Of a DNA stretch of 32,000 nucleotides, positions 9,385 to 18,649 are shown in pieces (the first letter of the stretch is position 1; each line of letters opens with the position of its first letter). The stretch is from contig CAVRAI010000004.1 of NCBI GenBank assembly GCA_963718915.1, positions 360,001 through 392,000 of the forward strand. The letters run 5' to 3'. The DNA comes from an uncultured Chloroflexia bacterium (lineage in GTDB: Bacteria; Chloroflexota; Ktedonobacteria; Ktedonobacterales; JADMIN01). A program made the translations under genes and the position numbers. The notes beneath the pieces are model-generated. The model made no database searches. It was not told the origin of the DNA and worked only from the letters and a program-made list of their open reading frames with translations.

Positions 9385-10767
9385 TCACATCGTCCCTACT
9401 CGCTCGCAGCGCGCCACACATTCGATATGAGTCGTGAAGGGGAACATATCTACCGGCTGCACTGATACCAGCCGGTAGCCGTTGTCGCACATCATGCGTA
9501 GATCGCGGGCAAGCGTCGAAGGATCGCATGAGACGTAGACGAAGGTTCTCGGCGCAAGCCGATGTATCTCGTTCAGCGCGCGTGGCAGACATCCGGTGCG
9601 CGGCGGGTCAACCAGCACGACATCCGCGCGATCGCGCGGAGGGCGCATTGTGCCAAGAACGCGCTCCAATACCCCTTCAGTCGCGATCACGTTGCTGGCG
9701 TGGTTTAAAGTGGCGCTGGCGCGAGCGTCGGCGACCGCGCCTGGATGCGACTCGATCGCGTGAACGCGGGCAACGTCATCCGCGAGAATCAGCGAGAACA
9801 ATCCAACGCCGCTGTAGCCGTCCAGTAGGTGATCCGCTGGCAATAGGCGCGCCGCCGCACGCGCCTCACGCACGAGAATAGGGGTCTGCGCCGCGTTCAC
9901 CTGAAAGAACGACCCGGCCGAGACGCGGTATATTTTGTTCAGAACGCGCTCGAAGATGAAGTCGGAGCCAGCGGTAATGCGGCCATGCCCGCCTGGAACC
10001 CCAAGGACGACAACTCCTGCCAGCCCCGGTATCTCTCCGTGTATTGTGCTGGCAAGCGTGGCCATCTCGTCGGCGTTGGCGAATGCGCCAGCTGGGCGCG
10101 CCTCAATGGTCAGCAGGCCGTAGCCATTCAGAGCGATGTCAGTCGAGGCGGTATCCAGTGGGTTGGCGGCGACCCGTACGGTGAATCGCTCGGTGAATCC
10201 GGCTGCCTCGGCGCCCCAGCGCGCCTGCATCCATTCGCGTATCGCGACATAGAGCGTATCGAGCATTGGATGTACGATGGGGCAGTTGGGCATATCCAGC
10301 ACATCGCGGCTACTGGCGCGGCGGAAGCCAATCGCGCCCTCCGCGCCTACGGCGAACTGAGCGACGGTGCGATAGCGCCAGAGGTCACTGCCTTCGGGCA
10401 TGCCGATGGTTGGCAACACAGGCGGTTCAGCGAAGTGGCCAATACGCTGGAGCAACTGCTCGACGATGTGCGTCTTCCAGACGACCTGGGCAGGATAGGC
10501 GATGTGCTGCCACTGGAATCCGCCTGTCGCGGAGAGTTCGGGATAGCGCGGCGCGACGCGATCTGGCGACGCTTCCATTATCTCGACCAGTTCTGCCCGC
10601 GCGGAGGACTTGCTCTCACTCACCACACGGGCGCGGACACGCTCGCCAGGGATTCCGCCCGGCACGAATACCGCGCGCCCATAGTAGCGGCCCACCGCAT
10701 CTCCACCATAGGCGAGATCGGTCAACGCTAATTCCAGTAGTGCGCCGTCCGTATCGGCTTCTGACAT
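9385..10767 (-). CDS. TRAM-domain 23S rRNA (uracil-5)-methyltransferase, RlmD/RumA-like (TrmA family)
   Basis: N-terminal TRAM (LTDLAYGGDAVGRYYGRAVFVPGGIPGERVRARV), then FFQVN, a DGYSGVGLFS SAM motif, VLVDPPRTG and YVSCDPSTLARD. ATG at 10767. Confidence 0.85.
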   Translation of the reverse strand: MSEADTDGALLELALTDLAYGGDAVGRYYGRAVFVPGGIPGERVRARVVSESKSSARAELVEIMEASPDRVAPRYPELSATGGFQWQHIAYPAQVVWKTHIVEQLLQRIGHFAEPPVLPTIGMPEGSDLWRYRTVAQFAVGAEGAIGFRRASSRDVLDMPNCPIVHPMLDTLYVAIREWMQARWGAEAAGFTERFTVRVAANPLDTASTDIALNGYGLLTIEARPAGAFANADEMATLASTIHGEIPGLAGVVVLGVPGGHGRITAGSDFIFERVLNKIYRVSAGSFFQVNAAQTPILVREARAAARLLPADHLLDGYSGVGLFSLILADDVARVHAIESHPGAVADARASATLNHASNVIATEGVLERVLGTMRPPRDRADVVLVDPPRTGCLPRALNEIHRLAPRTFVYVSCDPSTLARDLRMMCDNGYRLVSVQPVDMFPFTTHIECVARCERVGTM

Positions 10768-10895
10768 GACTGCGCGCCCTTCCCAGTCTGATCGACACGG
10801 TTAATCTCTATAGAAGTCTTAGTACTCTGCCGTAGTGTAGCATGTACAAAGGCAAAGGCAATCAGAGGGATAGAGATTACAGGTAGGTGCGGGAA

Positions 10896-11939
10896 CTAGA
10901 CGAGCGCGCGCCGCCGCGCCGGAGAGGGATGGCGCATCGTCACAATCGAGAGGAGCACGGCGCCCAGCCCCACACAACTCACCAGCACGCGAATGATCCC
11001 GCCGATCACTGGCGCGGTGCTGGCAATGGCGAGTATCGACACACCAAGAACGGTCGCCAGAATGAATGGCAGACGTCTATGGCTTGCCGCGCCCGGAACC
11101 AGCGCGCTCCCGATCCAGAGGCCGAGCGCCGACGTGCCAAAGATCGAGCCTCCCCAGAGTACCACACCAATCGCCAGCGCCAGTGGGATACCCAGGCAGC
11201 TCAGCACCAGCACCAGCGCGGCGACGACGCCGATCACGTATGCCAGCAGGCCGAGAAACAGGCTGCCAAGGGGCTGGTGGCGGGCGATGAGCCGCACGCG
11301 GGTCAGTTGCGATGGCATGAAGAGTGAGATGAAAAGCCCGGAGAATGCCCAGAAGATGACATCAGCCCAGTCGAGGCGGACGGGAATGATGCTGGTGACG
11401 TTCGGCAGCGCGAATTGATCGGTCGTCATGCCGCGATCGATCTGGCCATCCACCACGACGCCGGGCGAGCGGCTAATGGAGCCACCGAACGTCTGCACAT
11501 CGCCAGCGATATGCGCGCCTGGCAGGAGGGTTACATTGCCGCCAAGCGCCAGCACGCGGCCATCAACCTCGCCAGAGACGACAATACTCCCACCGACTGC
11601 CACAACATCGTTGCTCACACGGCCAAGCACGGTAATATTGCCGCCGTAGTCCATGAGGTGGCCGCAATACCACTGTTGTGTATCAACGACAACATCTTTG
11701 CCAAAGACATCGTGGTCCTCTGGAGCGCAACTCGCGAGTGGAGTGCGATTCCATGCGGGTGTGGTTCTGGCGAAGGATCCAGTCGAAAGCGCCAGTCGGT
11801 CAGGATATTCGCTCTGCGCGCCGCTAAACCAGGTGTGCCAGGGCAGCGCAAAAGCAGCGCCGAAGAGCGCGACGCCGCCGAGAACCGCTGCCAGGAGTAT
11901 CGCATAGCGTGCGTGCGAGGATGAGTGGGGGGCGCGCAT
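10896..11939 (-). CDS. Membrane protein with a bactofilin-like (polymer-forming cytoskeletal) beta-helix repeat region and a C-terminal multi-TM region
   Basis: An N-terminal TM helix. Repeats GGNITVLGRVSNDVVAVGGSIVVSGEVDGRVLALGGNVTLLPGAHIAGDVQTFGGSI. Four to five C-terminal hydrophobic helices. It starts 7 nt after the preceding gene, so it is probably in the same operon. Confidence 0.7.
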   Translation of the reverse strand: MRAPHSSSHARYAILLAAVLGGVALFGAAFALPWHTWFSGAQSEYPDRLALSTGSFARTTPAWNRTPLASCAPEDHDVFGKDVVVDTQQWYCGHLMDYGGNITVLGRVSNDVVAVGGSIVVSGEVDGRVLALGGNVTLLPGAHIAGDVQTFGGSISRSPGVVVDGQIDRGMTTDQFALPNVTSIIPVRLDWADVIFWAFSGLFISLFMPSQLTRVRLIARHQPLGSLFLGLLAYVIGVVAALVLVLSCLGIPLALAIGVVLWGGSIFGTSALGLWIGSALVPGAASHRRLPFILATVLGVSILAIASTAPVIGGIIRVLVSCVGLGAVLLSIVTMRHPSPARRRALV

Positions 11940-11946
11940 GGGAGCG

Positions 11947-12561
11947 TCAGGCTTCCTGTGGGTCGCGCCCGAACTGGCGAGTCAGTTGCACCCAGGACAG
12001 CAGTAGGCACCCCAGTAGGGCGCCCAATACGGCGGGAATCACCCAGGGCGTGGCGGTGGCGCGGCTGATCATCTGGCCGATCATTCGTCCGAAAGCCAGC
12101 AGGCCAATCGCCATCGAGATGAGCGCGTCGAGAATCGCGACCGCTAACGTGGGGTTAACCAGCGTGACGACAACTCCCGTACTCAGCATAAGGAGCAGCG
12201 CTACACTGAATATCACGCCGAGAATGCGCAGCGAACGCAGCCACGAGACTCGTGGGGGCAGACTCGCGACGAGTTGTTGTTGCGGTGCGGGTGCAGTCGC
12301 GATGCGCGTCAGCACCTTCGCGGTAAATTCATTGGGTGCGCTGGCCATCGTTACTGGCATGCGTAGCCGGATTTGGCGGTCGAGCGCATCATCGGCGGGT
12401 TCGACCGCAATATTGGCCTGCCGCGTGCCAGCGGGCAAAGCTGGCCGACGACGTAGCGCCATGCGCGCGAGGATGAAGGCGAATAGCGCGGAGAAGGCGG
12501 CGATACTAGTGCGCCGCCAGCCCGACGTCGCCTGCCGCGATCGATCCATGCTCTCGCTCAT
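11947..12561 (-). CDS. Putative membrane anti-sigma factor (assigned by position only)
   Basis: ATG at 12561 after GAGGAA. It has TM helices and sits directly downstream of the ECF sigma gene. No zf-HC2 motif is seen, so the function is inferred from gene order. Confidence 0.55.
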   Translation of the reverse strand: MSESMDRSRQATSGWRRTSIAAFSALFAFILARMALRRRPALPAGTRQANIAVEPADDALDRQIRLRMPVTMASAPNEFTAKVLTRIATAPAPQQQLVASLPPRVSWLRSLRILGVIFSVALLLMLSTGVVVTLVNPTLAVAILDALISMAIGLLAFGRMIGQMISRATATPWVIPAVLGALLGCLLLSWVQLTRQFGRDPQEA

Positions 12562-13246
12562 CTGTTTCCTCGCTGGCGAGGGTCATGTCCAGCCCCTGTG
12601 CCTTCATAGTTCGCGCGACAAGCTCGCGGGCGCGGTGGAGACGGGCCTTCACCAGAGCCGGAGTCAGGTCCAGGGTTTGGGCAATTTCCTCATAGGAGAA
12701 GTCATGCCAGTAGCGCAGAAGCAGAACCGCGCGATACTTGACCGGCAGCGTATCGAGGATGCGCTGCATGTCGTCAGCGGTCTCATGGCGCAGAGCGGAC
12801 TGCTCTGGCCCTGGGCCAACATCGGCGATCCATTCCAGGAAGGGCACGTTCTCCAGGGGCAATGCGAGAAAACGTCGACGACGAAGCTGGTCAATCGAAA
12901 GGTGCGACGCAATCGAGAGCAGCCAAGTGCTGAACCGATGCGTATCTTTATAGGTGTGCAACTGGGTGTAGGCGCGGACAAAAGCTTCCTGGGCGACGTC
13001 CTCCGCCTCGGTTGGGTTGCCGAGCATGCGGTAGGCGACATTGAACACAGGATCCTTGTACTTCTCAACGAGCGACGAGAATGCCTCCTGATCACCAGAA
13101 AGCGTTCTGCGCACGAGAGTGGTGTCCTCGATCATATCGGTCGTACGCGACGAAGAGATACCATTCGTGTTCTCGTCTTGCGAACGCCCAGACATCGCGC
13201 GACCCAGCGCTTTACCAGCAGCCAGGGCAGTACCTTGGATATCCAC
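12506..13246 (-). CDS. ECF-type RNA polymerase sigma factor (sigma-70 family, regions 2 and 4)
   Basis: GTG at 13246 is preceded by GAAGGAGG with a 6-nt spacer. Region 2 reads FSSLVEKYKDPVFNVAYRMLGNPTEAEDVAQEAFVRAY...FSTWLLSIASHLSIDQLRRR. Region 4 reads LPVKYRAVLLLRYWHDFSYEEIAQTLDLTPALVKARLHRAR. Confidence 0.85.
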   Translation of the reverse strand: MDIQGTALAAGKALGRAMSGRSQDENTNGISSSRTTDMIEDTTLVRRTLSGDQEAFSSLVEKYKDPVFNVAYRMLGNPTEAEDVAQEAFVRAYTQLHTYKDTHRFSTWLLSIASHLSIDQLRRRRFLALPLENVPFLEWIADVGPGPEQSALRHETADDMQRILDTLPVKYRAVLLLRYWHDFSYEEIAQTLDLTPALVKARLHRARELVARTMKAQGLDMTLASEETDEREHGSIAAGDVGLAAH

Positions 13247-13920
13247 CCCGGGCCTCCTTCGTTTGGCCGTGTGCCGTATCTATCTCGTTGGCGATGTATC
13301 CCGGCAATCCCGGAGATACCATTCGCCACATCGAGCTATCTCATTGCATCACGCCGACATGAACCTGGTTGACTATGCCTCTCTGAAGCTGAGCTTCCCG
13401 TTCTGTATACGCGGAAATCGCCTCAGGGTTGCAAACTTGCCATTCACGTCTGGCGTTGATAGTATTTTACCCCATAACCCTGGGCATCTGTAGTGTCCAA
13501 GGGTAGAAACCTGTCTAAGACTTAGGATGTACGATATCGTGCTTGTCTGCAATGACGTGCTCCACATCTTGCCGCGATTCCAGTGTTTATTGGTGTTCAT
13601 TGGAGGGCAATCTCCGAGCACAAGCACACTGAGAACCGCCAGATATCCGCAGGCAGTCACCGCAATCGTCCATCGTCAGACGTGAGGGGTGTGGCTGAGC
13701 CTCATAGAGTGGTCATACATTGTGGGAGCGCCCAACTCCAATCGCCCGCAGGATGACAAGCAGGATAAGAGCGCCAGCAAACGTGATGACCAGGGCGCCG
13801 ACGATGCCGACGATACCGTTCCGGCGCTACTTGTGTGGATGGTTTGCGCCTGCTACACTTGCGCAACGAGACTCGAGGCACATGCATTGCATAGATGGGC
13901 ATAGATGACGGAGGCCCACG

Positions 13921-15363
13921 ATGAGCGATTCAGCCGGGGATGCAGACCTCTTATCCGATGCTGGGCGTGTGATCGAGCCAGGGAGTCTGCCCGGTGTTGG
14001 AGGGTTGGGGCCAGGTTTCGAGGGTGGGGATAGTGTTGCCGCGCCAGTGCCGCCAGTGGGAAATCGGCCTGCCGCGACGGAGGCGGCTCCGCTCTCTCTG
14101 CGCAAGTCACTTACGTACTCCAGCGGGAATTTCGGCTCTGGCGTCTTCTATTCGTTCAACAACTTCATATTGCCCATCTACCTCAAGTCATTTGGCGCGT
14201 CCAATGTGTTGATTGGCTTGCTCAGCAGCACGCGCTCGCTCGAAGGCTCGGTCATCCAGCCAGCCGTTGGCGCGTGGAGCGACCGCATCTGGACACGTCT
14301 CGGCCGTCGCAAGCCCTTTATTGTGGCATTTGTCCCGTTGTGCGTCTTCTTTCTCATCCTCACGCCACTGATTGCGCCGCCACAGAATCCACCCGCGAAG
14401 GCGACGGGTGAGTGGTCACTCCCCTTGATTCTGGCCTCCCTTGGCATCTTTCTCTTCTCGGTCACTTTCAACATCATGTACGACCCCTATAATTCGCTGC
14501 TGGCTGATATCACGCCAGAGCGGCAGCGGGGCCGGGTGAATGGCGTCTTCCAGGCGGCGGGCGCGTTCGGTCAGGTGGCGATTCTGCTGGTTGGAGCGCT
14601 ACTTGGCGTCGATATGCGCGTGCTCTTTCTGATTACCGCGGGCACGCTGCTGACCTTCTTTCTGCCAACGGTGCTCGGCATCCGCGAGTCGCGCAATCTG
14701 CCTGGCGTCACCGAGCATCGTCGCTATACCGTGCGCGACTACTGGAACGGTCTGCGTTCGGACCCGCAGGTGCTGCTCTATTTCGCCGTCCAGTTTTTTC
14801 TCTGGTTCGGGATCAACGCCATCACACCATTCCTGACGTTGTACGCCATCAACGAGGCGGGATTCTCGGAAGAGGGGGCGCTGCTGCTCTCACTGATGTT
14901 GCTGTTGAGCACGGCGCTGTTCGTCTGGCCGTTCGGCGCGCTCAGCGACCGCCTGGGTCTGCGCCGCGTATTTTTGCTGGGAATGATCTGCATGGCGGGA
15001 GCATCCACCGCAGGCATCTTTACGCACAACGCGCTGCTGCTCTTCATCATCGTGACGGTTGCGGGCATTGGCAACGCGGCGCAGACGGCCAGCTCATTTC
15101 CGCTCCTGACGCGCATTGTCTTCCCCGATCAGATGGGTCTCTATACAGGTCTGAATACAGCGGTAACCTCTGTTGCCGCACCGCTTTCGGCCTTCATCGC
15201 GGGCGAGTTGATCGACCACCTCGGCTACACGGCCATGTTTCCTTTCGTCGCCGCGATGTTTATCGTCGCGCTGCTGCCGCTGGCGACCCTGCGCGTTGAA
15301 CGCTCCAAAGCGGCGGTTGCCCGTGCCAGTCTCGTGGAGCAGGGCGAGCCATTGCCTGAGTAG
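13921..15363 (+). CDS. MFS transporter, GPH/SLC45-like (glycoside-cation symporter-like)
   Basis: GGAGG lies 6 nt upstream of the ATG at 13921. There are about 12 TM helices. The N-terminal motif SGNFG...GAWSDRIWTRLGRRKPFI is typical of the GPH/sucrose-transporter-like MFS branch. Confidence 0.85.
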   Translation: MSDSAGDADLLSDAGRVIEPGSLPGVGGLGPGFEGGDSVAAPVPPVGNRPAATEAAPLSLRKSLTYSSGNFGSGVFYSFNNFILPIYLKSFGASNVLIGLLSSTRSLEGSVIQPAVGAWSDRIWTRLGRRKPFIVAFVPLCVFFLILTPLIAPPQNPPAKATGEWSLPLILASLGIFLFSVTFNIMYDPYNSLLADITPERQRGRVNGVFQAAGAFGQVAILLVGALLGVDMRVLFLITAGTLLTFFLPTVLGIRESRNLPGVTEHRRYTVRDYWNGLRSDPQVLLYFAVQFFLWFGINAITPFLTLYAINEAGFSEEGALLLSLMLLLSTALFVWPFGALSDRLGLRRVFLLGMICMAGASTAGIFTHNALLLFIIVTVAGIGNAAQTASSFPLLTRIVFPDQMGLYTGLNTAVTSVAAPLSAFIAGELIDHLGYTAMFPFVAAMFIVALLPLATLRVERSKAAVARASLVEQGEPLPE

Positions 15364-15392
15364 CCGGGAGTAGGCGGGAGCGCGCAGACAAT

Positions 15393-15430
15393 CCCCCTCG
15401 TCCACATGGCTTTCACATGGAAGGAGGGGG
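15393..15430. terminator. Hairpin between convergent MFS and sodA genes (possible bidirectional terminator)
   Basis: CCCCCTC-g-TCCA-CATG [gctttca] CATG-GA-a-GGAGGGGG, which is CCCCCTC/GAGGGGG plus inner TCCA/TGGA and CATG/CATG pairing. No clear U-tract on either strand. Confidence 0.45.
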
Positions 15431-15454
15431 AGTCATTCAGGAGCCTTGTGCGTG

Positions 15455-16075
15455 CTAGCGTCCGCTCATGCCCTGGGCAAAGCGCCTGGCGATCTCGTCC
15501 CAATTGACGACATTCCACCAGGCCGCCAGATACTCTGGGCGCCGGTTCTGATACTTCAGATAGTAGGCGTGTTCCCAGACATCGTTCCCCATGACTGGGT
15601 AGAGGCCATCGATCAGCGGGCTGTCCTGGTTGGCCGTCGACGTGACCGCGAGTTTGCCGTCCGCACCGATGACCAGCCACGCCCAGCCGGAGCCGAAACG
15701 TTTGGCGCCAGCATCATTGAACGCCGCCTTGAACTGATCGAATGAGCCAAATACGGAGGAGATGGCGCTGGCAAGGTCGCCAGTTGGCTCGCCGCCGCCA
15801 CCGGGCTTCATGATCTGCCAGAACATGCTGTGGTTGATGTGCCCGCCACCGTTGTTGCGGACAGTCGTGCGAATGTTTTCAGGGACGCTGCTCAGGCCGC
15901 GGATCAGCTCATCGATGCTCATGTTGTCGAACTGGCTCTGCCCCTGGAGCGCGGCGTTCAGGTTGTTGACGTATGCCTGATGGTGTTTGTCGTGATGCAG
16001 GTGCATCGTTTCTTCGTCGATATACGGTTCCAGTGCATTGTAGTCATACGGCAGCGATGGAAGTTCGTACGCCAT
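15455..16075 (-). CDS. sodA: Superoxide dismutase, Fe/Mn family (Mn-type signature)
   Basis: [40 protein letters not shown], then [20 protein letters not shown] and [24 protein letters not shown] lies upstream of the ATG at 16075. Confidence 0.95.
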   Translation of the reverse strand: MAYELPSLPYDYNALEPYIDEETMHLHHDKHHQAYVNNLNAALQGQSQFDNMSIDELIRGLSSVPENIRTTVRNNGGGHINHSMFWQIMKPGGGGEPTGDLASAISSVFGSFDQFKAAFNDAGAKRFGSGWAWLVIGADGKLAVTSTANQDSPLIDGLYPVMGNDVWEHAYYLKYQNRRPEYLAAWWNVVNWDEIARRFAQGMSGR

Positions 16076-16232
16076 TGTTTTGGAATCCTCCTAACGTTCT
16101 GCGAATCGGTAAAACAGGATGAGAGACACCCATGATGTCAGCCGCAAAACTTGTGCCCGATTGGCATGTGCCACCGCTCGTCAGTCTAGCACATGATCTG
16201 GCCTACCGGCAGGGCTGGCTGGCAATGGCAGG

Positions 16233-16304
16233 TGTCTCTATGTCACATCGTAGCGCTCGCGCGACATGAGCGGCAAGCGACGCATCAATCCCTGTCTCTA
16301 TGTC
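16233..16304. repeat. Exact 12-nt direct repeat TGTCTCTATGTC, two copies spaced 60 nt start to start
   Basis: The copies are at 16233-16244 and 16293-16304, in the sodA/rtcB divergent intergenic region. Read directly from the sequence. Confidence 0.6.
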
Positions 16305-16644
16305 CAGGGCAGATGGAGAGTCGCGGGTATCAGATTTCTGCTTGAATGAACGGGAGGTCTCTTGCGCGTGACCGGTCCAGTATGTTACTTTAAAGCGCGG
16401 TGCGAGTTGAGCGCACCGATGAAGGACAGGAGGACGCAGCATGCAACAGAAGCTACTCGGCCTTGCGCCGTTTACCCAAGCGCTGTATCCCCGTGCCTGC
16501 CAACAAGTGTACGCTCACTCTCGCCGTCGGAGGGTGGATTGAGGCGTACTCGATCAGAGAGCAGGCGCGGGTGTCCGATGATGACATCCGCGCTATTTTT
16601 ATGCGCGCTATTCGAGATTCGTCTCGATTCTGAAGAGGCTTGTA

Positions 16645-18069
16645 ATGATTACCGGCAAGATACTCAAAACCTACGGCTGGCCCGAAGGCAAGATCATCGG
16701 GCTGGCAAAATCAGCTGCGGAAGATCTGGCAAAGACCGGCCTCGAACAGGACGCTATCCTCGTCTGGCTGGATGGCGTGCGCGAGGAGCCGGGCAAATAT
16801 CTGGCTGATCCAACGTTCGCGGCGCTGGCGCGTGAGTGCTTGCGTCGCTCCAAAACGCCCTACGATGAGACTGAAGATATTGCCCGTGACCAGCCCGCGA
16901 ACTTTGCCGTCTGGGGCGAGAGCCTGATCGAGGGTCAGGCGGTAGCTCAGATGGAAAATGCGATGCGGCTACCCGTCGCGGTTCAGGGCGCGCTCATGCC
17001 CGACGCGCATGTGGGCTATGGCCTGCCCATTGGCGGCGTGCTGGCGGCGGATGACGCGGTCATCCCGTATGCGGTCGGCGTCGATATCGGCTGTCGCATG
17101 CGGCTGTCGATCTATGACATCTCGCCCATTGTGCTGGGCCAGCGGCGCGCTGAGTTTCGCAACGCCCTGCTGGATCGCACGCGCTTCGGGCTGCGCGAGG
17201 GCTGGGAAGTGCGCGACCGCCCCGATCATCCTGTGCTGGACGACCCAGCATGGGAGGCGACGCGGCTGCTCAAGTCGCTCAAGATGAAGGCCCAGCAGCA
17301 GTTGGGCACGTCTGGCAGCGGCAACCATTTCGTCGAGTGGGGCGCGTTCCGCCTCTACGCCGACGACGAACAGCTTGGCCTGAATGCGGGCGAGTACCTG
17401 GCGTTGCTCTCACACAGCGGTTCGAGGGGTGTTGGCTTCAAGATTGCCAACACCTTCACCGAGCTGGCGTCGCGGGAGCATCCGCGCCTGAATGCATCGC
17501 TGCGTCATCTGGCGTGGCTCTCGCTGGCCAGTGAGGCAGGCCAGGAATACTGGCTCTCGATGGAGCTGGCGGGGCGCTTCGCCTCGGCGAATCACGCCGT
17601 CATCCACCAGCGCGTGGCGGCGGCGATGAAGCTGCGGACGGTGTCCGTTGTGGAAAACTTTCACAATTTCGCGTGGCTGGAAGACTTGCCTGATGGCTCG
17701 CGTGCGGTTGTCCATCGCAAGGGAGCGACCCCAGCAAGTAAAGGTGTTCTCGGAATCATTCCCGGCTCGATGGGAGATGCGGGTTACGTCGTACGCGGGC
17801 GCGGGTCGGAGGTGGCGCTCAACTCGGCGTCGCATGGCGCGGGCCGCCGTATGAGCCGCCGGGCCGCCTTCGAGGCGATCACGAAGACGGCGCGAGACGC
17901 CTATCTTCGCGAGCGGGGCATCACGCTGCTTGGCGGCAATGTGGATGAGTCGCCGCAGGCGTACAAGGACATCGAGATGGTCGTCGCCGCACAGAGCGAT
18001 CTGATCGATGTGCTGGGCAAGTTCACACCACGGCTGGTCCGTATGGCTGACGAGGCGGGCGAGTTCTAA
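16645..18069 (+). CDS. rtcB: RNA-splicing ligase RtcB (3'-phosphate/5'-hydroxyl RNA ligase)
   Basis: GAAGAGG lies 6 nt upstream of the ATG at 16645. Motifs: LMPDAHVGYG, GVDIGCRM, GSGNHFVEWG, HSGSRGVG, HNFAW and HRKGATP. Confidence 0.9.
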   Translation: MITGKILKTYGWPEGKIIGLAKSAAEDLAKTGLEQDAILVWLDGVREEPGKYLADPTFAALARECLRRSKTPYDETEDIARDQPANFAVWGESLIEGQAVAQMENAMRLPVAVQGALMPDAHVGYGLPIGGVLAADDAVIPYAVGVDIGCRMRLSIYDISPIVLGQRRAEFRNALLDRTRFGLREGWEVRDRPDHPVLDDPAWEATRLLKSLKMKAQQQLGTSGSGNHFVEWGAFRLYADDEQLGLNAGEYLALLSHSGSRGVGFKIANTFTELASREHPRLNASLRHLAWLSLASEAGQEYWLSMELAGRFASANHAVIHQRVAAAMKLRTVSVVENFHNFAWLEDLPDGSRAVVHRKGATPASKGVLGIIPGSMGDAGYVVRGRGSEVALNSASHGAGRRMSRRAAFEAITKTARDAYLRERGITLLGGNVDESPQAYKDIEMVVAAQSDLIDVLGKFTPRLVRMADEAGEF

Positions 18070-18162
18070 AACAGCCCGTCCGCCTCCCATGCGCGCATAA
18101 TGATGAACCCACAGACGTCAGATCGTTTTCAGTCATTGTAGAGAAACCAGTTCCCTGGGCTG

Positions 18163-18649
18163 TTATGGATCGACAGCGGGAGCGATACGCCGTAAACCTA
18201 ACACGATGCGCTCATTGGAGTTCACATCGGTGAGGAATCGCGGTTTCTGGTCGTGTGCGCTACCAGCCATACTCATGTAGCGAATGTCTGATTCTCTACA
18301 TTGAGCAATTCGCTTGCGCATTTCAGCGTAGGACTCGGGCCTGTGCGCTTCGCTGTCGGCTTTCTGGCGGCGAAAGAGTGCATCCTGCTTCGGAAAGAAT
18401 GCATCAAACTGATCACGGTTTTCCATGAATAGAGGATCGTTCCATAGTCATCTCGCAGGAGAGTGGCGAAAAACTCGCCTGTATCTCTTCCGGTGGGAAG
18501 CCTTGCCGCCAGAGTGAGATCACACTGTAGACATGACATCTTCTCTCTCCGACATACCACCCGCCATCTCGCCTGCGCACATATTCGACTGCTTGCATTG
18601 TTTTGTCCCATGTTTCGCTGAAGCCTACGGAACTCTGCGCCGACGGCAC
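18163..18649 (-). pseudogene. Degraded DUF433-like gene (about 2 frame changes) followed by an N-terminal stub of a DUF5615/Mut7-C-like gene, a TA-like pair remnant
   Basis: Frame 1 reads DGGWYVGERRCHVYSVISLWRQGFPPEEIQA. The next frame reads EFFATLLRDDYGTILYSWK and the third reads ENRDQFDAFFPKQDALFRRQKA...YAEMRKRIAQ. Together they read like one DUF433 protein. The frame changes fall at a T5 run (about 18464) and an A4 run (about 18420). The tail KPRFLTDVNSNERIVLGLRRIAPAVD resembles DUF5615 N-termini and then stops. Local GC is lower. Confidence 0.45.

Noticed and set aside
9985-13372. Long antisense ORFs (9985..10731, 10266..10769, 10887..11327, 11415..11924, 11909..13372 at 487 aa)
   Set aside because: They lie opposite motif-supported genes (RlmD-like, the sigma operon) and have biased Arg/Ser/Ala composition. 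The 487-aa ORF spans three real minus-strand genes.
13373-13920. Lower-GC 550-nt gap before the MFS gene. It holds several 60-95-aa ORFs and a minus-strand hydrophobic stretch (NGIVGIVGALVITFAGALILLVILRAIGVG)
   Set aside because: The hydrophobic frame opens directly after a TAG and has no ATG/GTG/TTG start. The other ORFs have no RBS or motifs. It may be a gene remnant or a long 5' leader. I saw no riboswitch-like conserved structure that I could defend by eye.
16150-16175. TGGCAT-N5 sequence resembling a sigma-54 -24 element upstream of rtcB (rtcBA is sigma-54/RtcR controlled in E. coli)
   Set aside because: The -12 position reads ACCG instead of TTGC, and no rtcR or rtcA is present in the window.
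16203-16442. 79-aa minus-strand ORF upstream of sodA containing the 12-mer repeat (read as DIET twice)
   Set aside because: It has many A/T-ending codons, unlike neighbouring genes, and no RBS or motifs. It is treated as non-coding and the repeat is reported separately.
16398-16633. 7-bp hairpin CGGTGCG-agttgag-CGCACCG (16398-16418) and the 77-aa ORF 16400..16633 just upstream of rtcB
   Set aside because: The hairpin has no U-tract and no upstream gene to terminate. The ORF start is non-ATG with no RBS. Its C-terminal half (TLTLAVGGWIEAYSIREQARVSDDDIRAIFMRAIRD) looks protein-like, but I cannot assign a family or a start.
17410-18090. 226-aa ORF antisense to rtcB, plus other internal rtcB-overlapping ORFs
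   Set aside because: This is an antisense shadow of a gene with a full set of RtcB motifs.
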